Source of the DNA: an uncultured Pseudomonadota bacterium
GTDB lineage: Bacteria; SAR324; NAC60-12
DNA: 35,778 nucleotides
NCBI GenBank assembly: GCA_913056375.1
Contig: CAJXNF010000002.1
Coordinates: 1 to 35,778 of the forward strand
Reading direction: 5' to 3'
Below, piece by piece: positions 1 through 10,147 of the stretch (its first letter is position 1; every line of letters starts with the position of its first letter). The notes under the pieces were generated by a model. It ran no database searches. It was given only the letters and a program-made list of their open reading frames with translations, and was not told the DNA's origin. The translations under genes were made by a program, and so were the position numbers.

Positions 1-1
1 C

Positions 2-916
2 GACTCTGATACGATCCTCAATATTGAAAAACTTCCAAAAAAAATCACGATCATCGGGGCTGGTGTCATTGGTTGTGAGTACGCTTGCATCTTTGCCAAG
101 CTAGGGATTCGCGTCAATCTGATCGCTCGGGATCGCCATGTCATGCCTTTCTTGGATCGAGAGATTGCAGAGGCTCTCGTTTATCGAATGCGCAATCAGC
201 GAATCACGATGCGCCTTGGTGAGAACGTCAAACAGATCGTCAAGATCTCACCGCAGGAAGTGCAAGTGGAGTTGGAGAGTGGTAAGACGCTACCCTGCTC
301 AACCGTGATGCTGGCGGCTGGTCGCGTCGCAAATTCCGATAAGTTGGGATTGGAGGAGATTGGTGTTGAGTTGGGTCACAACGGTTTGATTCAAACGAAT
401 GAACACTACCAAACAAACATCCCAAACATCTATGCCGTTGGTGATGTGGTCGGCTTTCCAGCGTTGGCTTCTACGTCTTTGCTACAAGCAAGGATTGCAA
501 CGTTGCACGCATTTGGGCAACTGGAAAATGAGCGTATCCCGAGAGAGCTTCCCTACGGTATCTGGACCATCCCAGCTGTTGCTTATGTAGGCAGATCAGA
601 GGAAGAGCTGACGGATGCCAGAATTCCTTACGAGGTGGGTATCGCGCACTTCAAGGAAATTTCACGTGCACACATCATGGGAGAACAGGAAGGAATTCTA
701 AAACTACTCTTCTGTCCTGAAACCTTGCGTTTGCTGGGTGTGCACATCATTGGGCCACGAGCACCGGAGCTGATCCATCTGGGTAACTGTGTGTTGCACT
801 TCGAAGGGACGATCAAGTTCTTCATCAACTCCGTCTTCAATGTGCCGACTCTTGACGAAGCCTACCGAATTGCTGCTTTCAACGGCATGAATCGCCTGGA
901 TTACGATTCGCTCTGA
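2..916 (+). CDS. sthA: Soluble pyridine nucleotide transhydrogenase (SthA-like flavoprotein disulfide oxidoreductase), 5'-truncated by window edge
   Basis: Frame 2 is open from base 2. Translation KKITIIGAGVIGCEYACIFAKLG (GxGxxG dinucleotide fold), YAVGDVVGFPALAS, IPYEVGIAHFKEISRAHIMG and C-terminal NVPTLDEAYRIAAFNGMNRL run parallel to E. coli SthA along the whole length. Confidence 0.85.
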   Translation, partial: DSDTILNIEKLPKKITIIGAGVIGCEYACIFAKLGIRVNLIARDRHVMPFLDREIAEALVYRMRNQRITMRLGENVKQIVKISPQEVQVELESGKTLPCSTVMLAAGRVANSDKLGLEEIGVELGHNGLIQTNEHYQTNIPNIYAVGDVVGFPALASTSLLQARIATLHAFGQLENERIPRELPYGIWTIPAVAYVGRSEEELTDARIPYEVGIAHFKEISRAHIMGEQEGILKLLFCPETLRLLGVHIIGPRAPELIHLGNCVLHFEGTIKFFINSVFNVPTLDEAYRIAAFNGMNRLDYDSL

Positions 917-1592
917 GGTTTCTGAAGATCATTCCCACCATTAGTACTCCTCATTCTTCAAAAAGCTGTTGTCTCAAGCTCAATGAATGGGTTATCAGCA
1001 GTTTTTGGTCTCTGCTCCATCTTTCCTCGCAATAGAACAAACATTCATCCTTCATAATTCCAGCTAGGAGACTTACTCAATGATGGGGGAGCCTCCGGAA
1101 TTTAATATGAAGCAAAGTTCTCCGATCAAAAAGAGTTAACAAGGTTAAAAAACCTGAAAATAGACCGGGTCTAGTAGTTTTCAATAATGAGGTTTTTCAA
1201 GAAATCTAGTAACTCAGGATAAGGTTTATAGATTGGTGCTTAAAATAAATACACCATTCTTGACAGTTTTCATGGCAAGTGATTTCTGAAAAATTTCAGA
1301 TATTTATAAAATAAGAAATAGATTTATTCAAAATTGAAACAATGACAGACTAGGCTGAAAAAATACTTCAATAGCAAGGTCTAAAGACCTAAAAAATCTA
1401 CGAGAAAATTACAGAATAATGTCTGACTAGCCGGATTTGATTGGTTTAAAAATGGGTGAATTCCAACAGAAAAATGGGGGTTGGCGCAACTGCGTCTTTT
1501 AGACAAATGAAGTAATCTCCGAGATTTGGAGAACTAACGATGCAATGTCCTCATTGTGCTCATCCTGACTCTAATTAAGCTCCAACGCCGAC

Positions 1593-1626
1593 AATTTTAT
1601 TTCCAGTTTCTGGTGTTTGGATGAAT
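1593..1626 (+). repeat. Copy A of an imperfect ~34-bp direct repeat
   Basis: AATTTTATTTCCAGTTTCTGGTGTTTGGATGAAT. Copy B at 2511..2545 matches about 30 of 34 positions by eye. It lies 14 nt after a 12-codon mini-ORF (1540..1578, MQCPHCAHPDSN). Confidence 0.8.
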
Positions 1627-1997
1627 CGCAGAATTGAGCAGGTAAGGGGAAGCAAGTGCAAGCAGAGACAGCAGATCTGAGTACGCAGACTAGGGCAGCT
1701 TCTGTTGATTTGAAGGGATTGCCAGAATCTGGCGCAGTGGTGGGGTGAGATGGAGGGAATCGTGTCAACACAATTCTCCAACACAGTTTAAACCACGCGA
1801 ATCGTCTCATCTGACTCCAGCCTGCAGTCAGCCACCGCAATTTTCAAAATCGTCCGTCAAAATAAAAAGTGTTTATTTTAAATTTGTCAGTATAGTAGTT
1901 ATTACCAATCTAAATAATAGTATTGGTGCTGTTGAGTGACCTGAGGCTTGATGTCGCTCAATCGTTTTAAATTTCGAGCCAATTTGTGAGATGTTTT

Positions 1998-2255
1998 GTG
2001 AATATTTATGTAGGGAACCTGGCTTACAGCGTTACTGAAGAGCAGTTGCAATCAGCATTTAGTCGTTTTGGAAAAGTTAGTAAGGCTGCCGTCATTATGG
2101 ACAGAGTAACGAACCGGTCTAAGGGTTTTGGTTTTGTAGAGATGGACGACTCTAATGAGGGGAAATCAGCGGTTGCTGCACTGAATGGCAGTGAAATCGG
2201 TGGTCGAGCTTGGAAAGTGAATGAAGCTAAGCCACGAGGAACATCACGCTGGTAG
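1998..2255 (+). CDS. RRM (RNP-1/RNP-2) type RNA-binding protein
   Basis: NIYVGNLAYSV (RNP-2) and KGFGFVEM (RNP-1) with a glycine-poor short tail. The GTG at 1998 gives the canonical MNIYVGNL N-terminus. The track ORF starts at 1986, also GTG. Confidence 0.85.
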   Translation: MNIYVGNLAYSVTEEQLQSAFSRFGKVSKAAVIMDRVTNRSKGFGFVEMDDSNEGKSAVAALNGSEIGGRAWKVNEAKPRGTSRW

Positions 2256-2301
2256 GAAAGATAACAACGTAAAATAATCTTCTCTTCTGCTGATTCGAAA
2301 A

Positions 2302-2334
2302 GATGCTGCTGAAGTAGCTTAACTGAGCAGCATC
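2302..2334. terminator. Stem-loop 47 nt downstream of the RRM gene (possible terminator)
   Basis: GATGCTGCT / AGCAGCATC 9-bp stem with a 15-nt loop. No U-tract on the + strand; TTTT follows on the - strand, so orientation and function are uncertain. Confidence 0.3.
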
Positions 2335-2510
2335 AACATCCTTCCTCATACTTTCCTTACTTTTCTCAAACCTGCCGAATCGTCCCATCTTCTTCCCCTC
2401 TATAGTCAACCACTGCCTTGGTAAGGCGTATTGCGTCATTCAAATGTTAGTAGGACTACTCAATTTGGGTGATGTTGGTACCACACATGTGGGTAATCCT
2501 TCCAAATCAA

Positions 2511-2545
2511 AATTTTATTTCTGGTTTCTGGTATTTGGGTGGAAT
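2511..2545 (+). repeat. Copy B of the imperfect ~34-bp direct repeat
   Basis: AATTTTATTTCTGGTTTCTGGTATTTGGGTGGAAT. It directly abuts the integrase 3' remnant. Confidence 0.8.
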
Positions 2546-2551
2546 ATCAAG

Positions 2552-2665
2552 GAGGGAGTAGAAATACGGGTGCTAGCGGAGAGGGCAGGGCATGCGAGCA
2601 TACAGACAACACAGCGCTACGTTGACGTCAACGATGGGCAGATAAGAAGGGCAGTGGTGGGTTGA
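2552..2665 (+). pseudogene. Tyrosine recombinase/phage integrase, C-terminal remnant only
   Basis: EGVEIRVLAERAGHASIQTTQRYVDVNDGQIRRAV matches the extreme C-terminus of tyrosine recombinases (GH-S-TT-Y with the catalytic Tyr). Nothing upstream in any frame resembles the rest of the catalytic domain (no HxLRH). Confidence 0.7.
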
Positions 2666-2675
2666 TATAAGAGTG

Positions 2676-2701
2676 AATCGTGCTAACACGATTTATATTT
2701 T
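2676..2701 (+). terminator. Putative intrinsic terminator after the integrase remnant
   Basis: AATCGTG-CTAA-CACGATT hairpin followed by TATATTTTA. Confidence 0.45.
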
Positions 2702-2997
2702 AAGGCTTCAACGCCTCTATTTTCATGATGCCCTAGTCATCTGCCATTCGAGTCTTTCGCATTTTATCCTTCAAATGCCGATACGTTTTCTTACTTGCAG
2801 CGACACTAATACTACATAAATCCATAAACTGACTTGAACTCAGTCCTACCAAATACCTCTAGACCTTCTCAGTACTCCCGCTATCAAATTACATCTCTTT
2901 CAGATTGTGTTGATTAGCGAGGCAGCGATATGATTTTTGCTTCAAGTGCTCCCTTCGCCAGTTTTGTAAGTATAGAAAATAATATGAGATCAATTAC

Positions 2998-3918
2998 TTG
3001 TTAGAGAATGAGCAGGATCGTGGGATGATCTGTGCGGTCTCTGCCTTCCTTCTTTGGGGTTTCTTACCGATTTATTGGAAAACCCTGGCCCCAACAACTG
3101 CCCTCGAAGTGATCGCTCACCGCATTGTTTGGTCCTTCTTGTTCACATGGGCGATCTTGCTCTGGCAGCCTCCTGCTGGAGGCTGGAGATCGATTCTACA
3201 AGAACGTCAGCGTCTGATTGGTTTGATTTTCAGTGCTCTGCTACTTGTCGGAAATTGGCTGAGCTACGTGGTGGCAGTCCAGCAGGATCGAGTGCTGGAG
3301 GTCAGTTTGGGCTATTTCATTGTCCCGTTGCTAAACATCCTCTTTGGTTTCCTTTTTCTGCGTGAGCGCTTCAGTTCCTGGCAATGGCTGGCGATCGGGC
3401 TCACGGCCTTGGCCCTGATCAACCTGATGCGGCAAGCGGAGCAATTCCCCTGGCTGGGACTGATCATTGCGCTGACCTTTGCCGGCTATGGCTTGATGCG
3501 CAAGGTGATTCAGGTGCAGGGGATGCTGGGCCTCTGGATGGAAATGGTGATCCTGATGCCACTGTCCTTCATATTATTATGGTATCTGTCGCAGTCTGAT
3601 GGGCTGTATTTTGGGAGCAACTGGGATTTGAGCCTACTGCTGGCAACCACTGGGGTGATTACTTCTCTGCCACTGTTACTGTTTGCAGCTGGAGCCCGAA
3701 GACTGCCGCTAGCGACCCTGGGCTTGCTACAATTCATTGCACCTACCTGCTTTTTTCTACTGGGGATTTTTTTGTATGAAGAACCCTTCAGTCAGATCCA
3801 GGCGATCTCTTTTGGACTGATCTGGATTGCCGTGGTGATTTACTTGAGTCAGATCCAGCGACAGACAAGGCTACTGCAGGAAAACAAGGCGCAGACAGTG
3901 CATAGAGAATCAGTTTGA
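2998..3918 (+). CDS. rarD: RarD-type EamA/DMT family transporter
   Basis: 10-TM profile. The N-terminal GMICAVSAFLLWGFLPIYWKTL...EVIAHRIVWSFLF matches the RarD signature (YFIWG..P.Y.K......E...HR..WS). Start is TTG 2998 or ATG 3025. Confidence 0.8.
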   Translation: MLENEQDRGMICAVSAFLLWGFLPIYWKTLAPTTALEVIAHRIVWSFLFTWAILLWQPPAGGWRSILQERQRLIGLIFSALLLVGNWLSYVVAVQQDRVLEVSLGYFIVPLLNILFGFLFLRERFSSWQWLAIGLTALALINLMRQAEQFPWLGLIIALTFAGYGLMRKVIQVQGMLGLWMEMVILMPLSFILLWYLSQSDGLYFGSNWDLSLLLATTGVITSLPLLLFAAGARRLPLATLGLLQFIAPTCFFLLGIFLYEEPFSQIQAISFGLIWIAVVIYLSQIQRQTRLLQENKAQTVHRESV

Positions 3919-3952
3919 ATTCGCGATCAGATTAGCAAACCAGCGGGGTAGA

Positions 3953-4753
3953 ATGTCAGCCGATTCAGAAAACGGAAAAACCAAGGGTTCGAGCAAATTA
4001 TCATTACTGGGCAACATTGCTTTGATTCTCGGTCTGCTCGTTGTGATTGCTGGAGGTGTGGTCGGGTGGTTGATGCCACCACCGCCACCGCCGCCAGTCG
4101 AAACGATTAGCTTGACGGAAGAAGAGCCTGCTCAGTCCGAGTCAACCAGCCTTCTTGAGGTGCTCAGCCCGAGTAAAAAAGATACGCCTGAAGTTGAGGT
4201 GGAGGAAGTCCTAGAGGTAGAGGAAGTGATGTTGGTTGATGCCAACCAGGTGCCTCCGTTGCCTATCAAATATTATGTGCAGGTTGCGAATTGTCTCGAC
4301 AGCGAATGTGTTGGGGAACACCGCCGTTTGTTGTCCCGTCAAGGTTACCGGACACGAATTGAGAACGCTGTCGAAAGCATGCCTTTCCGAGAAGTGCGTT
4401 CCCAACCACTATATTCCTCCGAACGATCAGCTGCTGTAGCGGAAGAGATCAATCAAGATCCTGGCTTGAACGGATATGCTCAGGTGCTCAAACCGAACGA
4501 CTGGTATCGCATTTCTCTGGGAGTCTTTCCAGAAGTCGATCAGGCAGACCGTCTGACGAAGGCGCTGAATGCCAAATATGCCAGAAGAATTACCTTCGAG
4601 CATGTTGAAGTACGCTTGGATTTTGAACACATGCGGGTTTACGCGGGAGGATATCGTGAAGAGAAGGAAGCTTTGCGCCTCAAAACGTATCTAGAAAGAA
4701 GAGAGCCCTTGTTCCGAGATCTCTTTGTCACCGCCCTCTTGCCGCGAGATTGA
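3953..4753 (+). CDS. Membrane-anchored protein with proline/acidic linker and SPOR-like C-terminal repeats (putative)
   Basis: N-terminal TM helix (LLGNIALILGLLVVIAGGVVGWL), PPPPPPP, and an acidic EVEEVLEVEEV stretch. Two SPOR-like segments follow (YYVQVANC...GYRTRIE and WYRISLGVFPEVDQADRLTKAL...RVYAGGY). Confidence 0.5.
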   Translation: MSADSENGKTKGSSKLSLLGNIALILGLLVVIAGGVVGWLMPPPPPPPVETISLTEEEPAQSESTSLLEVLSPSKKDTPEVEVEEVLEVEEVMLVDANQVPPLPIKYYVQVANCLDSECVGEHRRLLSRQGYRTRIENAVESMPFREVRSQPLYSSERSAAVAEEINQDPGLNGYAQVLKPNDWYRISLGVFPEVDQADRLTKALNAKYARRITFEHVEVRLDFEHMRVYAGGYREEKEALRLKTYLERREPLFRDLFVTALLPRD

Positions 4754-4764
4754 AAGCTCCGTCC

Positions 4765-5874
4765 ATGCCTCGCTTTGCCGAACGCGCCTACAATTTTAGT
4801 CCAGGACCAGCGGTTCTCCCGCTACCGGTGCTGGAGAAGGTTCAGAAAGAACTCCTCAACTATCGGGAATGTGGAGCCTCCATTCTGGAGATCAGCCATC
4901 GTTCCAAGGATTTCCTGCCGATCCTGGATGAAACACAGCAACTCTTCCGCCAACTGACACAACTGCCAGACAACTACCGTCTCCTGTTTTTCTCTGGTGG
5001 AGCCCAGATGCAGTTTTCGGCGGTACCACTCAACCTCCTCAGTCGCTCTGCCAGCAATCGAGCAAGTTACGCGGTGACCGGGAAATGGGGGGAATTGGCT
5101 CTTGAGGAAGGCAAGCGTTACGGCAGCGCAGAAGAATGGATGCATGGACGAGAAGACCGCTACAATCGAATTCCCAACGTCCAAGCTGAGGATCTGGAAC
5201 GGCTGAAGGGTTCAGCTTATCTGCACCTGACTTCCAACAACACTTTATATGGTACTCAATGGAATCACTTCCCACAGACTGGTGAAGTCCCATTGGTTAT
5301 CGATGCAACATCAGACATCCTCAGCCGGGAAGTGGACTTCTCGCAGTTTGGGCTGGTCTATGCCAGTCTGCAGAAAAACCTGGGTCCGGCTGGACTGACA
5401 CTGGTGGTAGTCCGAGACGATTTGCTGGGACACCACCTGCCACAGACTCCAAAGTTACTGCAGTACCAAGCCATTGATTCGCAAAATTCACTGAACAACA
5501 CGATCAATGTGTTTGCCGTTTATGTGATGCGCTATGTTTTGGAGTGGTACGAGGAGCAAGGGGGTGTGGCTGCCATGGAAAAGCAAAATCGGCAGAAGGC
5601 CAAATTGCTTTATGACTATCTCGATGAAAGCGACTTCTTCCTGACAAGTGTCAACCCACCGGACCGCTCATTGGTCAACGTCATCTTCAATCTGCCGACA
5701 ACTGAGCTACTGCAGCAATTTCTTCAGGAGTGTGAGGAAGTGGGACTGCTGGCGCTCAAGGGACATCGTGAGGTCGGAGGTGTGCGTGCTTCCCTCTACA
5801 ATGCCCTACCGTTAACCGCAGTAGAACGTCTGGTTGAAAAAATGCGGGACTTCGAGCGAAAAGCATTGACTTAA
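4765..5874 (+). CDS. serC: Phosphoserine aminotransferase
   Basis: YNFSPGPAVLPLPVLEKVQKELLNY...GASILEISHRSKDF, and later YASLQKNLGPAGLTLVVVR (PLP-lysine region). ATG 4765 is preferred over the TTG at 4750, which overlaps the previous gene. Confidence 0.9.
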   Translation: MPRFAERAYNFSPGPAVLPLPVLEKVQKELLNYRECGASILEISHRSKDFLPILDETQQLFRQLTQLPDNYRLLFFSGGAQMQFSAVPLNLLSRSASNRASYAVTGKWGELALEEGKRYGSAEEWMHGREDRYNRIPNVQAEDLERLKGSAYLHLTSNNTLYGTQWNHFPQTGEVPLVIDATSDILSREVDFSQFGLVYASLQKNLGPAGLTLVVVRDDLLGHHLPQTPKLLQYQAIDSQNSLNNTINVFAVYVMRYVLEWYEEQGGVAAMEKQNRQKAKLLYDYLDESDFFLTSVNPPDRSLVNVIFNLPTTELLQQFLQECEEVGLLALKGHREVGGVRASLYNALPLTAVERLVEKMRDFERKALT

Positions 5875-5911
5875 AAAAAATGAAATGATAGCTTTACCGT
5901 TTTCATTTTTT
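5875..5911. terminator. 11-bp perfect AT-rich inverted repeat after serC (weak or bidirectional terminator candidate)
   Basis: AAAAAATGAAA (5875..5885) and TTTCATTTTTT (5901..5911) with a 15-nt loop. The stem is almost all A:T, so terminator strength is doubtful. Confidence 0.35.
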
Positions 5912-5956
5912 CGGCGAGTCTCTCGTAGTAGCTAACCCGACACCCTAGCCAAAGCC

Positions 5957-6325
5957 ATGCCAACCCTGAATCAAATTGTCCGCAAGGGGCGTAAGAAGCG
6001 GGTCGTGAAAAACAACGTCCCAGCCCTGCAGGCCTGCCCTCAACGAAGAGGAGTCTGTGTGCGGGTCTATACCTCAACACCTAAGAAGCCAAACTCGGCT
6101 CTGCGCAAGGTGGCTCGTGTTCGGCTCACCAATGGAATTGAGGTGACAAGCTACATTCCAGGGATTGGTCACAACCTGCAGGAGCACTCCGTAGTGCTGA
6201 TCCGGGGAGGTCGTGTCAAAGATCTTCCAGGGGTTCGCTATCACATTGTCCGAGGTGCTCTTGACACAGTTGGTGTCAAGAATCGCAAGCAAGGGCGTTC
6301 CAAGTATGGCGCGAAGAAAGGGTAG
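5957..6325 (+). CDS. rpsL: 30S ribosomal protein S12
   Basis: [46 protein letters not shown]. First gene of the str operon. Confidence 0.97.
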   Translation: MPTLNQIVRKGRKKRVVKNNVPALQACPQRRGVCVRVYTSTPKKPNSALRKVARVRLTNGIEVTSYIPGIGHNLQEHSVVLIRGGRVKDLPGVRYHIVRGALDTVGVKNRKQGRSKYGAKKG

Positions 6326-6331
6326 TCCAAC

Positions 6332-6805
6332 ATGTCCAGAAGAAGATCTGCTACAAAGCGCGTTGTTCTCCCCGATCCGAAGTACAAAGATTTCTTGGTC
6401 AGCAAGTTCGTCAACAACTTGATGCACGATGGGAAAAAGAGTGTCGCTGAAAAGGTACTCTATCAAGCCTTGGACTTGATCTCCCACAGAGAGCAGGAAA
6501 CCGGAGCTCTTGATGTCTTCCATCAAGCAGTTGAGAACGTGAAGCCCAACTTGGAAGTCAAGTCACGACGTGTTGGCGGCTCTACCTACCAAGTTCCTGT
6601 GGAAGTCCGCTCTCAGCGCAGCCAAGCCTTGGCGATTCGCTGGCTGATTCGCTATGCGATTGCCCGAAGTGGCAAGTCCATGGAAGAGAAACTTGCTGGT
6701 GAACTGCTGGACGCGTTCAACAACCGGGGAGCCTCCGTCAAGAAGAAAGAAGATACGCACAAGATGGCTGAAGCCAATAAGGCTTTCGCCCATTACCGTT
6801 GGTGA
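6332..6805 (+). CDS. rpsG: 30S ribosomal protein S7
   Basis: [18 protein letters not shown]..., ends KAFAHYRW. Follows rpsL by 6 nt. Confidence 0.97.
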   Translation: MSRRRSATKRVVLPDPKYKDFLVSKFVNNLMHDGKKSVAEKVLYQALDLISHREQETGALDVFHQAVENVKPNLEVKSRRVGGSTYQVPVEVRSQRSQALAIRWLIRYAIARSGKSMEEKLAGELLDAFNNRGASVKKKEDTHKMAEANKAFAHYRW

Positions 6806-6814
6806 ACATTCTAA

Positions 6815-8893
6815 ATGTCCAAAGCCCGTCGATTTCGCCGGAATATCGGCATCATCGCACACATTGACGCGGGCAAGACAACCACCACAGAGCGAATCCT
6901 CTTCTACACTGGTCGGATTCACAAGATTGGCGAAGTCAACGATGGCTCTGCCACGATGGACTGGATGGAGCAGGAGCAGGAAAGAGGAATCACAATCACC
7001 TCTGCCGCGACAAGTTGTGGTTGGAAGTATGAGGATGAGGAGTACGATTACAATATTATCGATACTCCAGGGCATGTCGACTTTACGGTAGAAGTCGAAC
7101 GCTCACTGCGAGTACTTGATGGAGCGATCGCTCTCTATTGCGGGGTAGCTGGAGTTCAGCCACAGTCTGAAACGGTCTGGTGGCAAGCAAGCAAGTACAA
7201 AATTCCTCGGTTGGCCTTCGTGAATAAATTGGACCGAATTGGTTCAGACTATTTCCGGGTGGTCGAGGACATACAAAAGAAGCTCAAGGCTAATTCGGTA
7301 GCTTTACAATATCCCATTGGCAGTGAAGACCAGTTTCGTGGAGTTGTAGATCTGCTGGATCGGAAGGTTCTCTACTTTGATGAGGAGAGCCTCGGTGCAA
7401 AAGTTGACGTGGCAGAAGTTCCAGAAGAACTGGAAGAAGCTGTCGAGCAAAAGCGACAAGAACTGGTCGAAAAAGTTTCGGAACTAGATGATGAGTTGCT
7501 GGAAGCTTTCCTGGAAGAGCAGGAAATCAGTACTCAGCGTCTGCGTCAGGTGATTCGAAAGGCAACAATCGAAGGTCGATTGCTGCCTGTCTTGTGTGGA
7601 AGTTCATTTAAGAACAAGGGGGTGCAGCCCCTGCTGGACGCCGTAGCTGCCTACCTTCCCTCCCCTGATGATGTGCCGGCAATTGTTGGGAAACAACCGG
7701 ATAGCGAACGAGAAGAAACCCGAACCACGAGCGACTCCTCCTTCTGTGGCCTAATCTTCAAAATCGCCAGTGACCCATTTGCTGGTCAGATGACCTTCGT
7801 CAGAGTCTATTCGGGCGTTCTAGCTTCTGGAGACATTGTCTTCAACCCTCGGACTCGAAAAACGGAGCGCATCGGCACCCTGGTCAAGCTTCATTCTAAC
7901 AAGCGAGCAGAGATTGATCGTTTGGAGGCTGGGGACATTGCCGCAGTCATCGGTCTGTCTGTGGGAGTCACCGGAGACACCATCTGCGAGAAGCGTCACC
8001 CGATCTTGCTGGAAGGCACAGAGTTTCCGCAGCCAGTGATCGACATTGCGGTCGAGCCGAAAACGAAAGCAGACCAACCGAAGCTTGAAAACGCAATTTC
8101 CAGTATTGAGCGTGAAGATCCTTCTTTCCACAAGAAGATAGACCCGGATACAGGACAGATCATCATCTCTGGAATGGGAGAGTTGCATCTGGAGATTGTG
8201 CTGGATCGGCTTTCTCGAGAATTCAAGGTTGGTTGCAATGCTGGTAAACCAAGAGTTTCCTACCGCGAAAGTGCAGCAGCAGCAGCGCAGTTGAGACAAG
8301 CATTCGAAGGTACTTTGGCAGGCAAAGAACAATTTGCTGCCTGTACACTGCAACTGGAGCGTCTGCCGGCAGGTCAGGGAATTGAGGTACTCAGTAAATT
8401 ACCGAAGAGTACTCCATCTGGCTTCGCCCCAGCAATTGAGATCGGTATTCGGGATGCGGCACAGAGTGGGATGTTGTTGGGTTATCCAATGGTGGATCTA
8501 CGATTCACAATATTGGAAGCAGAATGGCGAGAAGATGGAAGCTCAGAGTTGGCATTCCAACTTGCTGCAAGAAACGGGGTAAGGGAACTGGTCAAAGAGG
8601 CTGGCCCAACCCTGCTAGAGCCGATGATGAGTGTAGAGACAATCCTACCAGAGGCTTTCTTGGGAGAAGTGATTGCGGATCTCAACACTCGCAACGGACG
8701 GATTAAATCGGTAGAGGATCAAAACGAGATGAAGGTTGTTGAATCGGAAGTTTTCCTCTCCAAGATGTTCGGTTATTCGACTGATTTACGCTCTGCTACG
8801 CAAGGGCGTGCCTTGTACACCATGACGTTTTCTCACTACGAGGAAGTACCAAATGAGACCCTTCAGCAGGTTCTATCGTTTGGTAGTGCATAA
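6815..8893 (+). CDS. fusA: Elongation factor G (divergent domain IV)
   Basis: [49 protein letters not shown]. 692 aa, in the str-operon position between rpsG and tuf. Confidence 0.93.
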   Translation: MSKARRFRRNIGIIAHIDAGKTTTTERILFYTGRIHKIGEVNDGSATMDWMEQEQERGITITSAATSCGWKYEDEEYDYNIIDTPGHVDFTVEVERSLRVLDGAIALYCGVAGVQPQSETVWWQASKYKIPRLAFVNKLDRIGSDYFRVVEDIQKKLKANSVALQYPIGSEDQFRGVVDLLDRKVLYFDEESLGAKVDVAEVPEELEEAVEQKRQELVEKVSELDDELLEAFLEEQEISTQRLRQVIRKATIEGRLLPVLCGSSFKNKGVQPLLDAVAAYLPSPDDVPAIVGKQPDSEREETRTTSDSSFCGLIFKIASDPFAGQMTFVRVYSGVLASGDIVFNPRTRKTERIGTLVKLHSNKRAEIDRLEAGDIAAVIGLSVGVTGDTICEKRHPILLEGTEFPQPVIDIAVEPKTKADQPKLENAISSIEREDPSFHKKIDPDTGQIIISGMGELHLEIVLDRLSREFKVGCNAGKPRVSYRESAAAAAQLRQAFEGTLAGKEQFAACTLQLERLPAGQGIEVLSKLPKSTPSGFAPAIEIGIRDAAQSGMLLGYPMVDLRFTILEAEWREDGSSELAFQLAARNGVRELVKEAGPTLLEPMMSVETILPEAFLGEVIADLNTRNGRIKSVEDQNEMKVVESEVFLSKMFGYSTDLRSATQGRALYTMTFSHYEEVPNETLQQVLSFGSA

Positions 8894-8940
8894 TGGGGCT
8901 TGTGTAAACGACAATCCACAAACGAATAAAGGAGTCATCA

Positions 8941-10140
8941 ATGGCGCGAGAGAAATTTGAACGAACCAAACCCCACTGTAATATTGGGACAATTGGTCAC
9001 GTGGATCATGGCAAGACTACATTGACAGCGGCGATCACCAAAGTGTTGGCCATGAAGGGCTTTGCTGAAAAGCGTGAATACGGTGAAATCGACGCAGCCC
9101 CAGAAGAACGAGAACGTGGAATCACGATTGCGACAGCACACATCGAATACGAAACAGAAAACCGTCACTACGCCCACGTGGACTGCCCAGGCCATGCTGA
9201 TTATGTTAAGAATATGATCACAGGTGCGGCCCAGATGGACGGGGCAATTCTAGTTGTCTCCGCAGCTGATGGCCCAATGCCTCAGACACGAGAGCACATT
9301 TTGTTGGCACGTCAGGTCAACGTCCCGTACCTCGTTGTCTTTATGAATAAGGTAGATCAAGTAGACGATGCTGAGCTACTGGAATTGGTTGAAATGGAAG
9401 TTCGTGAATTGCTCAGCAGCTACGATTTCCCGGGAGATGACATTCCTCTGATCATGGGATCAGCGTTGAGCGCAATGGAATGTTCTTCAGAAGACCCAAA
9501 CCACGATGACTACAAGCCGATCGCAGAACTGATGTCCAGTGTGGACGACTACATTCCGAACCCAGAGCGAGACTTGGACAAGCCATTCCTGATGTCTGTT
9601 GAAGATGTCTTCTCAATCTCCGGACGTGGAACGGTAGCTACTGGTCGAATCGAGCGTGGTCTGGTCAAGGTCGGTGAAGAGATTGAAATTTGCGGAATCC
9701 GTGAGACCCAGAAGACGACAGTTACTGGGATTGAAATGTTCCGCAAATTACTCGACGAAGGGCGAGCAGGCGACAACGTAGGTTTGCTGCTACGAGGTCT
9801 CAAGCGAGAGCAAGTGGAGCGTGGCCAAGTAATTTGCAAGCCTGGTTCAATCACACCACATACCAACTTCAAAGCACAGGTCTACGTACTCACCAAGGAC
9901 GAAGGTGGACGCCACACGCCATTCTTCACCAACTACCGACCCCAGTTCTACTTCCGAACCACGGACGTGACAGGTGTGGTTCAGTTGCCAGCAGATGTTG
10001 AAATGGTGATGCCTGGCGATAACGTAGCGATTGAAGTTGAGTTGATTACCCCGATTGCCCTGGAAAAAGAAGTGCGCTTCGCGATTCGTGAGGGTGGACG
10101 CACCATCGGTTCCGGCGTTGTCACCGAAGTTACCAAGTAA
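8941..10140 (+). CDS. tuf: Elongation factor Tu
   Basis: [40 protein letters not shown], 399 aa. AAGGAG Shine-Dalgarno sits upstream. Confidence 0.98.
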   Translation: MAREKFERTKPHCNIGTIGHVDHGKTTLTAAITKVLAMKGFAEKREYGEIDAAPEERERGITIATAHIEYETENRHYAHVDCPGHADYVKNMITGAAQMDGAILVVSAADGPMPQTREHILLARQVNVPYLVVFMNKVDQVDDAELLELVEMEVRELLSSYDFPGDDIPLIMGSALSAMECSSEDPNHDDYKPIAELMSSVDDYIPNPERDLDKPFLMSVEDVFSISGRGTVATGRIERGLVKVGEEIEICGIRETQKTTVTGIEMFRKLLDEGRAGDNVGLLLRGLKREQVERGQVICKPGSITPHTNFKAQVYVLTKDEGGRHTPFFTNYRPQFYFRTTDVTGVVQLPADVEMVMPGDNVAIEVELITPIALEKEVRFAIREGGRTIGSGVVTEVTK

Positions 10141-10147
10141 TTATACC

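Noticed and set aside
1571-1939. Short ORFs (64-89 aa, both strands) in the region upstream of the RRM gene
   Set aside because: They mutually overlap, have no SD, and have Cys/Ser/Pro-rich low-quality translations. They are more likely non-coding leader or relic DNA.
2444-2551. Front part of the 73-aa ORF 2444..2665, treated as an intact small gene
   Set aside because: Only the last ~37 residues resemble a tyrosine recombinase. The front (MLVGLLNLGDVGTTHVGNPSKSKFYFWFLVFGW) reads through repeat B and looks like a fortuitous open frame, so the locus is called a pseudogene remnant.
3985-3993. tRNA T-arm-like GGGTTCGAG
   Set aside because: It lies inside the SPOR-like coding frame with no acceptor or anticodon stem complementarity around it. 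No tRNA could be folded anywhere in the window by eye.
6074-7075. 150-aa and 170-aa - strand ORFs
   Set aside because: They are antisense to rpsL, rpsG and fusA. Their composition is Cys/Arg/Ser-rich, they have no SD, and the sense-strand genes are unambiguous.
8273-8286. (GCA)4 microsatellite in fusA as a slippage or phase-variation site
   Set aside because: It is an in-frame trinucleotide repeat encoding poly-Ala, too short for appreciable slippage, and sits in an essential gene.
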